64,000 nt of DNA from Pristiophorus japonicus (Eukaryota). A program made the position numbers and the translations under genes. The notes below the pieces were generated by a model, which saw only the letters and a program-made list of their open reading frames with translations, was not told the DNA's origin and made no database searches. The stretch spans positions 150,970,001-151,034,000 of the forward strand of contig NC_091980.1 in the NCBI RefSeq assembly GCF_044704955.1, read 5' to 3'. Positions 1 to 11,033 of the stretch are shown piece by piece (within the stretch, counting starts at the first letter, position 1; every line of letters begins with the position of its first letter).

Positions 1-4
1 CAAC

Positions 5-17
5 TGGCGATGAGAAT
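5..17 (+). promoter_or_regulatory. Primer-binding site, tRNA-Ser(GCU)-type
   Basis: TGGCGATGAGAAT matches TGGCGACGAGGAT (complement of the tRNA-Ser(GCU) 3' end) at 11/13; it directly precedes gag. Confidence 0.75.
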
Positions 18-1404
18 ATGGACTTTCACGCGATTATGGCTACCTTTGGCACACTAAAAGATTTTGCAGAGGGTGATGATTGGGATGCTTTCACAGAAAG
101 GCTCGAGCAATATTTCATGGCCACCAACCTGGCAGGGGAGACGGACACATTGGCAGAGAAGCGCAAGGCTATACTGTTGACCAGTTGTGGGCCCATGGTC
201 TACCACCTCATCAGGGACTTGCTGACACGCACGAAGGCCAAGACATATGATGAGCTGACTGAACTAATTCATGACCAACTAAAACCAAAAGAGAGCATCC
301 TCACGGCCAGGCACAGATTCTACACTCACCGCAGACCTGAGGGCCAGGAGATTGCAAAATATGCCGCCAACCTCAGGAGACTTGCGGCACCGTGTGATTT
401 CGGCATGCACCTCAACGAAGCATTGCAAGACATCTTCATTATGGGAATTGGCCACAAGGGCCTCCTTCACAAGCTATTATCTGCCGACACCACAATCAAC
501 CTGCAGAAGGCCATCAGCCTCAGTCAGGCATTTAGGACCTCGATCTGCAGCACCAAGCAAATTATTCATCCTGTGGACTCAAACCCGACAAGTACTGTAC
601 ACAGAATGGTGCCTTTCACAGGCAAGACCTTAGAACGTGGCTCTGCCTAGTTCAGAGAGCACAGACCTCAGGGTTCCAGAACTCAGAGTCCGCCGAGAGG
701 TGCAAATCGAGTAGCACCATGCTGGCATTACGGAGTAAACCATAGGGCTCACCAGTATCGGTTTGCTGAGTACGTATGCAAAGCCTGTAACACGAAGGGC
801 CACCTCCAGCCTATGTGTAAAAGAAATATGACTCACCGCAGAGGTGTCGGTAGATGACTTTGAATCCAGCGGGGAGTATGATGATTTGGCCAGAGAGGCA
901 GCTCAGCCCCAAGAAGAAGTGTATGGAGTGTATACCTGCACCACCGATTGTCCTCCAGTGAAGATGGAAGTCGAGATAAACGGCGTTCCAGTCTTCATGG
1001 AAGTGGACACGGGAGCGAGCCAGTCAGTGATGAGGCAGGATGCCTTTGAGAGGCTATGGAACGAAAAATGACCCGAGCTGGTTCCAATACAGGAAAAGTT
1101 GCGCACCTACACCAAGGAACTGATCCCAGTCCTTGGTCGTGCGGATGTAAGTGTAATCCATAATGGCGTGGTGCACAAGTTACCTCTGTGGATTTTTGCA
1201 GGTGATGGTCCAACACTATTCGAAAGATGGTGGAAGGGGAAGATCCAGTGGAACTGGGAAGACCTCTTCACTCCAGCAATCGATATCCCCCGTGCTCAGA
1301 GGCAAAGCAAAACCTCACCTTCGCTTAGGTCAGGCACCAGAGAACAGATCAGCGCAGCACCTGAGGCACAGACCGTCCATCACGACTGCGTGGCAATGAT
1401 CTGA
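18..1404 (+). pseudogene. Gypsy gag-protease pseudogene (element A)
   Basis: Gag N-terminus MATFGTLKDFAEGDDWDAFTERLEQYF; zinc knuckle CKACNTKGHLQPMC (~777-818); protease MEVDTGASQS and GDGPTLF; several stops and frameshifts. Confidence 0.9.
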
Positions 1405-2655
1405 CCAGAACGACCTAAAAGTACCTTTCCTGCTCCAGTGGCAGGACTCCTGCGGAGGAAGATCGAATTCACAGGCCCTCTTCCAGCTTTTGTGGCAGAA
1501 TCGCGGGAGAGAAGGATCAAGGCAGTCAACCTCGAGGACCGAGGCAAGATGGCATCCCTGCTGCAGCGAGAGGCAGCGTGGTGGAAAAAAAAGATGGCCG
1601 CGGCCATATCACGAGGTGCAACGCTGAGGGACCAACATGTGGTCTCTAACAAAGGATTTGATTGGGGTAAAGCCAGCAGGGATCTCTTAAAGGAGACCTG
1701 CAACCAACTGAACTTAAAGAGACATTGTATGCATGGCAATCAATGTAACGAACCAATTAAGAATGTGAACAAAATGTTGTTGCGAGATGTCGGGAATAGA
1801 GTGTCCCCAAAAGTTGCAAGTGAGCGAATTCGGGGGGGGGGGGGTGGGGGAGGTAAAGGCGCTGATCCTGATGCCCTGCCCCAGGTGTCACCACAAGTTA
1901 TAGGCCAGCGACCTCAGGAGGGTGAAGGCACTGATCCTGATACCCTGCCCCAGGTCTATCCCACGTTGCAGGCACCCAATGGCACTGGAAATGAAAATGG
2001 TGCCAATACTCACAATGGGCCGCCGTTGCCCATCACCCGGGTGGAGACGGCGCAGCCCCCAGACCCAGTCACTACCTCGGCCATGTCTGGGAGTGAAAGG
2101 TCAGAACCAACAAGTTCCCCAAACAGGACCGGGAACAGCCAGGTTCCCAACACCGTTAGAGAGCAGGCAGAAGAATCTGCAACCATCAAAGGAGGACAGG
2201 GAGGCCACACACATCTGTGGCTCTGCCCAGCACTAGGCAACAGCAAAGGCCCTGAGTCCTGGCAAGGTGAGCGAACCAAGCCCACCTCACTAGCAGGGGG
2301 CGCAGTGCCGCTATCAGACGACTAGGACCCCGTCCATTTGCTCTGGAACCTGAGTCCTCGCATACCTGTACTGCTACCTCAGTACTTACCATGACTGAAC
2401 CATGAATGCAATCTACCCAATCCTGGTGCACGACCGCAAAACGTAGCAAATGTAAGTCACTGAACCAAGGTTTCATGATACAAACTGTAACTTCCTTTCT
2501 TAGTACTTGCACTGTGTCTGATCCTGTATGTTAATGTAATGGACCTGCTGCACGATCTTGCTGTGGGGGGGGCAATGGATGTACAGGCAAATCTCGAATA
2601 TCCGGGTCCCTCGGGGATTGGGCTATTCCGGGTGAACGACTTTTCCGTTCGGGTG

Positions 2656-2892
2656 TGTGGTGTATGTAGCACACAAATCACTGACTCCACACGGTCTGGT
2701 GTAAGTCTAACTGCTGTGACCTTCGTCCTTTATTGTTCAGCTCCAGAGTGCCTCCCAGGTGTGGTGGTCAGCCTTATATAGTCCTTATTACAGGTACTAC
2801 CAGGGTTTCCCACCGCAGCGCCCTCTGTGGTGTGGCATAGTACTTACATTACATTTAAGGTACTGGGACGATACACACATCATTACATAACA
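2656..2892 (-). repeat. 3' LTR of element B
   Basis: Direct repeat of 7926-8162; TATATAA and AATAAA on the minus strand; adjacent to the PPT. Confidence 0.95.
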
Positions 2893-3639
2893 TCACCTTC
2901 CCCCCCCCCACCAACCTGGACGCAGGACAGCGATACACACATCATTACATAACATCACACTTGTCCAACGGAAGGCAGGTGGGCATAGACAGTGCGTTAG
3001 TATGGTACATATTATCTGGTACATTAACTGGTTATTGACTGGTAGCGGATCCTTGATTTCCTTGTTAGCCGTTATCATTAATTGTACTTCATCCATCATT
3101 TTACACAAATACAGTGGCCATTCAGCATAAAAAAGTAATTCTTATTATAAATTCACTATCTCACATTAACATTGCTCATTTTAGACTCGCTCTGCCGAAC
3201 AGAAGTCCTTTGTGGGGACCACCTCTTTGTAAGGCCCTTTTAAGACTCCCGGGTGCATTTCCTTTTTAAGGCGCCATCTTTGATGCAGGAGGATTCCATG
3301 AGGCTTCTCCTTGGGCGCCGCCATCTTTGATGCTCTGCAGCTCCGACACGATGCCGCCGCCATCTTCTTCTCCGCCGCTCCGGATGCCCTCCGCCGTCGC
3401 AGCCTCTGCTCCCCTCCGCTGCCACCTGACTTGCCGCCTCCCTCGCGGCTGCCATGGCCGCCTCCCCCGCGGCTGCCGTGGCCGCCCGACGCTACCAGCT
3501 CCTCGGCGGGGCCTGCCCAACGGCCTCTTCCTCTGCGGGGCCCTTCCGAACCGCCGGCCCCTGGATCCCTCAGCACCCCGCCCACAGCGCCCCGCCGGCT
3601 CACCCCCCCCCCCACAACTAGGCCCCTCTGTGCAGGGCT

Positions 3640-6592
3640 GCTTGCCTGTGGGGGTTGAGTCTGCAGGGTCTCTGTGTGAGGTCCGGGCCTGGGACTTGCC
3701 TGTGGGGGCTGGGGCTGCAGGGTCTCTGTGTGAGGTCTGGGCCTGGGGCTTGCCTGTGGGGGCTGGGGCTGCAGGATCTCTGTGTGAGATCCGGGCCTGG
3801 GACTTGCCTGTGGGGGCTGAGGTTGCAGGGTCTCTGTGTGAGGTCCGGGCCTGGGGCTTGCCTGTGGGGGCTGAGGCTGCAGGATCTCTGTGTAAGGTCT
3901 GGGCCTGGGGCTTGCCTGTGGGGGCTGGGGCTGCAGGGTCTCTGTGTGAGGTCCGGGCCTGGGGCTTGCCTGTGGGGGCTGAGGCTGCAGGATCTCTGTG
4001 TGAGGTCTGGGCCTGGGACTTGCCTGTGGGGGCTGCGGCTGCAGGATCTCTGTGTGAGATCCGGGCCTGGGACTTGCCTGTGGGGGCTGAGGTTGCAGGG
4101 TCTCTGTGTGAGGTCCGGGCCTGGGACTTGCCTGTGGGGGCTGAGGCTGCAGGGTCTCTGTGTGAGGTCTGGGCCTGGGGCTTGCCTGTGGGGGCTGGGG
4201 CTGCAGGATCTCTGTGTGAGATCCGGGCCTGGGACTTGCCTGTGGGGGCTGAGGTTGCAGGGTCTCTGTGTGAGGTCCGGGCCTGGGACTTGCCTGTGGG
4301 GGCTGGGGCTGCAGGGTCTCTGTGTGAGATCTGGGCCTGGGGCTTGCCTGTGGGGGCTGGGGCTGCAGGGTCTCTGTGTGAGGTCCGGGCCTGGGGCTTG
4401 CCTGTGGGGGCTGAGGCTGCAGGGTCTCTGTGTGAGATCCGGGCCTGGGGCTTGCCTGTGGGGGCTGAGGCTGCAGGGTCTCTGTGTGAGGTCTGGGCCT
4501 GGGGCTTGCCTGTGGGGGCTGAGTCTGCAGGGTCTCTGTGTGAGGTCCGGGCCTGGGGCTTGCCTGTGGGGGCTGGGGCTGCAGGATCTCTGTGTGAGGT
4601 CCGGGCCTGGGACTTGCCTGTGGGGGCTGAGTCTGCAGGGTCTCTGTGTGAGGTCCGGGCCTGGGACTTGCCTGTGGGGGCTGAGGTTGCAGGGTCTCTG
4701 TGTGAGGTCTGGGCCTGGGACTTGCCTGTGGGGGCTGAGGCTGCAGGGTCTCTGTGTGAGGTCCAGGCCTGGGACTTGCCTGTGGGGGCTGAGGCTGCAG
4801 GGTCTCTGTGTGAGGTCTGGGCCTGGGGCTTGCCTGTGGGGGCTGGGGCTGCAGGGTCTCTGTGTGAGGTCCGGGCCTGGGGCTTGCCTGTGGGGGCTGA
4901 GGCTGCAGGGTCTCTGTGTGAGATCCGGGCCTGGGGCTTGCCTGTGGGGGCTGAGGCTGCAGGGTCTCTGTGTGAGGTCTGGGCCTGGGGCTTGCCTGTG
5001 GGGGCTGAGGCTGCAGGGTCTCTGTGTGAGGTCCGGGCCTGGGACTTGCCTGTGGGGGCTGAGGCTGCAGGATCTCTGTGTGAGATCCGGGCCTGGGACT
5101 TGCCTGTGGGGGCTGAGGCTGCAGGGTCTCTGTGTGAGGTCCGGGCCTGGGACTTGCCTGTGGGGGATGAGGCTGCAGGGTCTCTGTGTGAGGTCCGGGC
5201 CTGGGGCTTGCCTGTGGGTGGATTGAGGCTGCAGGATCTCTGTGTGAGGTCCGGGCCTGGGGCTTGCCTGTGGGGGCTGAGGCTGCAGGATCTCTGTGTA
5301 AGGTCTGGGCCTGGGGCTTGCCTGTGGGGGCTGGGGCTGCAGGGTCTCTGTGTGAGGTCCGGGCCTGGGGCTTGCCTGTGGGGGCTGAGGCTGCAGGGTC
5401 TCTGTGTGAGATCCGGGCCTGGGGCTTGCCTGTGGGGGCTGAGGCTGCAGGGTCTCTGTGTGAGGTCTGGGCCTGGGGCTTGCCTGTGGGGGCTGAGGCT
5501 GCAGGGTCTCTGTGTGAGGTCCGGGCCTGGGACTTGCCTGTGGGGGCTGAGGCAGCAGGATCTCTGTGTGAGATCCGGGCCTGGGACTTGCCTGTGGGGG
5601 CTGAGGCTGCAGGGTCTCTGTGTGAGGTCCGGGCCTGGGACTTGCCTGTGGGGGATGAGGCTGCAGGGTCTCTGTGTGAGGTCCGGGCCTGGGGCTTGCC
5701 TGTGGGTGGATTGAGGCTGCAGGATCTCTATGTGAGGTCCGGGCCTGGGGCTTGCCTGTGGGGGCTGAGGCTGCAGGATCTCTGTGTGAGGTCTGGGCTT
5801 GGGACTTGCCTGTGGGGGCTGAGGCTGCAGGGTCTCTGTGTGAGGTCCGGGCCTGGGGCTTGCCTGTGGGGGATGAGGCTGCAGGGTCTCTGTGTGAGGT
5901 CTGGGCCTGGGGCTTGCCTGTGGGGGCTGAGGCTGCAGGGTCTCTGTGTGAGGTCCGGGCCTGGGACTTGCCTGTGGGGGCTGGGGCTGCAGGGTCTCTC
6001 TGTGAGGTCTGGGCCTGGGGCTTGCCTGTGGGGGCTGAGGCTGCAGGATCTCTGTGTGAGGTCCGGGCCTGGGGCTTGCCTGTGGGGGCTGAGGCTGCAG
6101 GATCTCTGTGTGAGGTCCGGGCCTGGGACTTGCCTGTGGGGGATTGAGGCTGCAGGGTCTCTGTGTGAGGTCTGGGCCTGGGGCTTGCCTGTGGGGGCTG
6201 AGGCTGCAGGGTCTCTGTGTGAGATCCGGGCCTGGGGCTTGCCTGTGGGGGCTGAGGCTGCAGGATCTCTGTGTGAGGTCTGGGCCTGGGGCTTGCCTGT
6301 GGGGGATAAGGCTGCAGGATCTCTGTGTGAGGTCCGGGCCTGGGGCTTGCCTGTGGGGGCTGAGGCTGTAGCATCTCTGTGTGAGGTCTGGGCCTGTGAC
6401 TTGCCTGTGGGTGGATTGAGGCTGCAGGATCTCTGTGTGAGGTCCGGGCCTGGGACTTGCCTGTGGGTGGATTGAGGCTGCAGGATCTCTGTGTGAGGTC
6501 CGGGCCTGGGACTTGCCTGTGGGGGCTGGGGCTGCAGGGTCTCTGTGTGAGGTCCGGGCCTGGGACTTGCCTGTGGGGGGATTGAGGCGGCA
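3640..6592. repeat. 54-bp minisatellite, ~54 copies, inside element B
   Basis: Unit CTTGCCTGTGGGGGCTGAGGCTGCAGGGTCTCTGTGTGAGGTCCGGGCCTGGGG; 18-aa periodicity in the ORF track; occasional 55-bp variants (GGGTGGATTGAGG). Confidence 0.97.
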
Positions 6593-6689
6593 GTTCCAGC
6601 TCGGTCGGCGCTGCTCTCTGGGGACCCGGGGCACGGCAGCACCCCGGGGAGCAGCAGCCTGTGGAGTGTATCTGGCCGTGAGCTCCCAC

Positions 6690-7890
6690 GGACTGTCCCC
6701 ATCCACCTCCGGCCGAGGAGCGTCGGCCCATCGCCTGCAACGACCCACAAAGGTGAAGCGTGCGTCTCGTCCCCATGGGATACCTGCACCATCGCTCTGC
6801 CAAGAACAGGTATCAGTTCCCTGGTGTAGGTACGCAGCTTCGCCATGACCGGGACCAGCTTGGGTCGTGCAGCTGGGTTAATCCACAGTTTATCAAAAGT
6901 TCTCCGACTCATCAACTACGGACCCGAGCTCGTGTCCACTTCCATACTCACTGGGACTCCGTTGATTTTTACTTCCCTTATCACTGGGGGCGAATCGTCG
7001 GTGCACGTATACAGTCCAAGCACCTCATCTTCTTCTACCTGCTGCTCGCTGAACAGTGGATCATCCCCCATCTCCTCAGCCACATGGTGAGTCCGATTTC
7101 TTTTACACATACGCTGAGGGTGGCCTTTAACGTGGCAGGTATTGCACGTGTACTCCGCAAACCTGCACCAGTGAGCCCCATGACTTCCTCCACAGCGCCA
7201 GCATGGTGCTGCTTGATTGGCCCCCCTCGGCGGACTCTAAGTTCCAGGATCCCGAGGTCCGTGCTCTCTGCCCCGGGCAGAGCCACGTTCTGCAGTTTTG
7301 TCCGTGCTGGGCGCTATCCTGTGGACAGTGCCTGCCGGGTTCGAGACTGTGTGGATTATTTGCTTGGTGCTGCAAGTCGAGGTCATATATGCCCGGCTGA
7401 TGGTGATGGCCTTTATCAGAGTGACTGTGGGTTCCGTGGCCAGCAGCTTGTGAAGGAGGCCCTCGTGGCCAATCCCTATAACGAAAACGTCCCGTAAAGC
7501 CTCGTCGAGGTGTGCCCCGAAATCACACGGCGCCGCGAGTCTCCTGAGGTCCGCAGCATATTTGGTGACATCCTGGCCCTCAGGTCTGCAGTGATGGTAA
7601 AATTTGTATCTGGCCGTGAGGATGCTCTCCTTCGGTTTTAACTAGTCACGAATGAGTTCAGTCAGCTCCTCGTATGACTTGTCCCTGGCGCTCCCAGGTG
7701 CCAGCAAATCCCTGACGAGACAGTAAACCTCATCTCCACAACTGGAGAGCAATATCGCCTTACGCTTCTCTCTCATTGAGTATGTGTCCTCCGTCAGGTC
7801 GTTTGCTGTGAAGTAGTACTCGAGCCTTTCCGTAAAGGCCTCCCAATCATTGCCCACGGTAAAATCCTTTAGCGAGCCCAGAGTCGCCAT
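6690..7890 (-). pseudogene. Gypsy gag-protease pseudogene (element B)
   Basis: MATLGSLKDFTVGNDWEAFTERLEYYF; knuckle remnant; MEVDTSS and GDGPTLLGRRW; stop at ~7642 and several frameshifts. Confidence 0.9.
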
Positions 7891-7925
7891 GGTTGCGTGG
7901 AGTTCGTCCACTTCCTCGTTGCCAA

Positions 7926-8162
7926 TGTGGTGTATGTAGCACACAAATCACTGACTCCACACGGTCTGGTGTAAGTCTAACTGCTGTGACCTTCGTCCTT
8001 TATTGTTCAGCTCCAGAGTGCCTCCCAGGTGTGGTGGTCAGCCTTATATAGTCCTTGTTACAGGTACTACCAGGGTTTCCCACTGCAGCGCCCTCTGTGG
8101 TGTGGCATAGTACTTACATTACATTTAAGGTACTGGAACGATACACACATCATTACATAACA
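7926..8162 (-). repeat. 5' LTR of element B
   Basis: Direct repeat of 2656-2892; followed in minus sense by the PBS and gag. Confidence 0.95.
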
Positions 8163-8375
8163 GGGTGAGTCTACATTTTAAAGTTAAAACCTAATGAATA
8201 AATACAATTGTTCGGGCGAGTTTACATTTATAAGTTAAAACTTTAATGAATCAATACAATCAGCGACAAAAGATGGACATTACCAGCATGCATGTACAGG
8301 TTCTGTGCCTGGAACCCGGTGCCGGCTCTGCCCTCCATTCCCAACGTCAGCGGCGGCCGCGAGATAGCGGCTGCA

Positions 8376-8411
<36 letters not shown>

Positions 8412-8810
8412 AGCAGCGCAAGGGCAGAGGAGGGTGATTGTTATGGTGAGTGAGAGAGAGAATGAGCGAGTGTGAGAGAGAGTGTGTGAGAGAGAGAATG
8501 AGCAAATACAAATGAGCACAGTGTTTGGAAGGCGATTTCCAAATTATTTTGAGCTGTCTTTTCACTTGTTAGCAACAGAATTTTAAATCCTGTTACAACG
8601 GTTTCCTGTTGGATCCGTGTATGGATAATCGAGAGTTGCCTGTATGTAGCCATGGACACACACATGGATCGCACCCATAACCCACTGGAACCTCCACTGC
8701 TTCATCGAACCATCCTAATTGGTAACCACTACCCAACGTTGTGGCAAAAGGACTTGGGAGTTAACAGGAAGCGAGCCAAGCCAAAGCACAGCCAAGGTGC
8801 AAGAGCTATT

Positions 8811-10490
8811 GGTCAAGCGTGGAATCAGCAAGGATTTGGAGTACATCAGCCTCAGTCTGCAGCTGCCTGGGTCGGTGGATTTGGGCAGGGTACAGCTGTT
8901 ATACCTAACCAAGCTGGCTTTAGGATGACAGGTTACCAGACGCAATGAGCAGGGACTCATTCTGTTTACCTACAAATAAGAGGAGCCCATATTTTTCTAA
9001 AGACAACATCAAAATGTTCACTGACACCATGAACAAAATATAGACTATTTATTTTAAAGCTGAATATTTAAAAAAGTGCAATCACAGTTGAGCTCATGGT
9101 GGAAGATGTGAAATGTTTCCCAGTTCTGCTCTCTTTTTTTTGTTCTGGGATGGGGAGGGGGTGAACATATAATCTGTTAATTTGTTTTTGAAGAGCAAAG
9201 TAATCGAGAATTATGAATTTATTTTGAAAATGAAGTGCTATTGTGTCTGAATTTAAAAATAAATGCAGTGTTAGTGGGAAAATGTCAACCAGACTTTTGA
9301 CAATCTTTTTTTTTAGTTGAGCATTCCACGATATTAATTTCATAGATATTGTTGTAAAGGGATCTTTAAAGCCTTGTATCATAAAGCCAGGCTAAATGTT
9401 CAATAAACATGAGACAACTGAATTTCACATTGCTATGGACCAACTGGCTGCTGTTTTATCAGAAAAGTTCTAGTTCATGGCCATCCTGAAATGCCAGTGC
9501 ACTGGCACAGATTGAGATGCATCAAATTTAACACTGTACATCAACTTTAAATTGTTTCTTTGCTTCACCATCCTATGCATTGAACAAGAAGCCCGATGAA
9601 GGCAACAGGTTTCTATTAAAAGTGAGTTGCACTACACTCTAAAATCAGGAAACTATTGCTGGAATCCTTTGCAATGTTTTGGTTATATTGGAGGTGTGCT
9701 CTACATATATGCATACACCTGGACAAAGGGGATTAGGGTGAAAGGTTGCAAATGTAAATCTCTATAGATAACATTTAATACACTAATATGATTTTTAAGG
9801 CATGCTTTAGTGTAAAGGTATCACAATTACTACTTTGTGTCAGTTAGAAGCTGTGGAAAGAGTAAAAAAAGCTATTAAATTGTACAATACTGAAGTAGCA
9901 GGTTGCCCAGAATGTGCAATGTATGGCTGTGTTTCACAAGAGTATGTTAATATATCTTTCCTACTGCAGTTACATGATATGTAAAATTATACAAAGTAAA
10001 TTTCAAACTGAAGCCTTAAATTTTATTTCTTCAAACAGCTTTGGGTGTAGTCATTAATAGTTTCAGTGCTCTTTTTTTTTGGCTTTTCTATCTATTCTGT
10101 TGCTGTGCTTAGTTAATATCATGCAGGTTTATTGAACCATATAAAATTAATGCAAGGTTGAATAGTTGCATAATTTCTTCAGGCCATCTATAAATGGAGT
10201 GTTTTTAAGTCTAAAATTAAAAATGTAAAATACAATCATGTCAGAACCAACTATTTAATTTTAACAGTAATATGTGCCATTTGTTAACTGAAGGTGCAGT
10301 GCAAAACTCTGTACCAGTTATTTGTCATTTTAAGGTATTTTTCAGTGGTTTGCATGTTACTGCAATTCACATTTGTAAAAAAAAGATTAATGCTAGCTCA
10401 TTTGAGAGTTGGCTGTGGAATGGGTGGATTATGAAGAAATGCTGAAAGCAAATTGACATTAATTGTGTCTAGATTATTTCTTTGTTCTGT
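8811..10490 (+). pseudogene. TIAL1: 5'-truncated TIAL1 (TIAR) retrocopy: last ~45 codons plus ~1.5 kb AT-rich putative 3'UTR
   Basis: GQAWNQQGFGVHQPQSAAAWVGGFGQGTAVIPNQAGFRMTGYQTQ* (8811-8948) matches the TIAL1 C-terminus as I recall it (WNQQGFGV..SAAWMGGFG..NQAGYGMASYQTQ*). Composition switches abruptly to AT-rich sequence after the stop. The 3' boundary is inferred from the adjoining CR1 tail. Confidence 0.85.
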
Positions 10491-10494
10491 AAAA

Positions 10495-10604
10495 GGGGTA
10501 CTAAGGGAATGATCAGCCATGATCTTATTGAATAATGGTGCTGACTCGAAGGGCCGAATGGCCTACTCCTGCACCTATTTTCTATGTTTCTATGTTTCTA
10601 TGTT
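10495..10604 (+). mobile_element. CR1 LINE 3' tail
   Basis: GATCAGCCATGATC..CTCGAAGGGCCGAATGGCCTACTCCTGCACCTATT followed by (TTCTATGT)n; same tail as the CR1 at 15013. Confidence 0.9.
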
Positions 10605-10675
10605 AAGTCTGGGGAGAGCTAAGCCAGAGCACATAGTGCAAAGGTAATCGGCACAAAGGAATTGGGGGAGAGTGA

Positions 10676-11033
10676 TGTTGTATATGCAGACTATCGATAT
10701 ACTCTCTGTGTAGCCCCTGTATAGTTACATAAGATGGAGACTTGTTACCTGATGTACTATCAATAAGGTTTACAATGTGTATATACGATGCTGGCACCAC
10801 TAGAGGGTGCAACTGGCGGAGACCGGGGTTTCCCGCTCCTGTGGCAGAGGCTGTCCACCAGAGCGCACTGCGGTGGGAGACCTGAGGGTCACCTGCATAG
10901 GTTTGCAGGACCCAGTATAAAAGGCTGCCCACCATGCTTGTGCCTCACTCTGGAGTTACGAATAAAGGACCAAGGTCACTACAGTTTGAGTACAACACAT
11001 TGCCTCATGGATAAGTGCATTACAGACACAACA
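10676..11033 (+). repeat. 3' LTR (358 bp), probably of element A
   Basis: TGTTGT..ACAACA termini; preceded by a PPT; TATAAAA at ~10916 and AATAAA at ~10961; cuts the pol frame of element C. Confidence 0.9.

Larger units (their letters stand above)
2656..8162 (-). mobile_element. LTR element B: complete non-autonomous gag-protease element with internal 54-bp array
   Basis: Two 237-bp TG..CA LTRs with 3 differences; TSD GGGTG (2651-2655, 8163-8167); PBS TGGCAACGAGGA (7913-7924, minus); G-rich PPT at 2893-2909 (minus); no RT/RNaseH/IN. Confidence 0.95.
2584..8642. mobile_element. Tc1/mariner (pogo/Tigger-like) MITE, ~0.55 kb once element B is removed
   Basis: TIRs CAGGCAAATCTCGAATATCC (2584-2603) and GGATAATCGAGAGTTGCCTG (8623-8642) are 18/20 inverted matches; TA duplication at 2582-2583 and 8643-8644; no transposase. 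Confidence 0.85.
1..11033 (+). mobile_element. LTR element A: non-autonomous Mag-like Ty3/Gypsy (PBS-gag-protease-no pol-PPT-3'LTR), interrupted by nested inserts; 5'LTR lies upstream of the window
   Basis: CA at 1-2, then PBS TGGCGATGAGAAT (5-17). Gag, CCHC and DTG protease remnants at 18-1404; no RT/IN. Internal sequence resumes at 8645 after the MITE. PPT GGGGGAGAGTGA (10664-10675), then LTR. Assigning the 3'LTR to A is inference. Confidence 0.65.

Noticed and set aside
1438-2325. 295-aa ORF as an env-like accessory gene of element A
   Set aside because: No signal peptide, transmembrane segment or recognisable domain; non-ATG start, a G homopolymer and an internal duplication.
3266-6803. 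1160, 1061, 795 and 523 aa ORFs as host genes
   Set aside because: Overlapping readings of the 54-bp array inside LTR element B.
8652-8948. Functional TIAL1 last exon
   Set aside because: No splice acceptor; the coding segment is fused to LTR-element sequence and no upstream exons are present.
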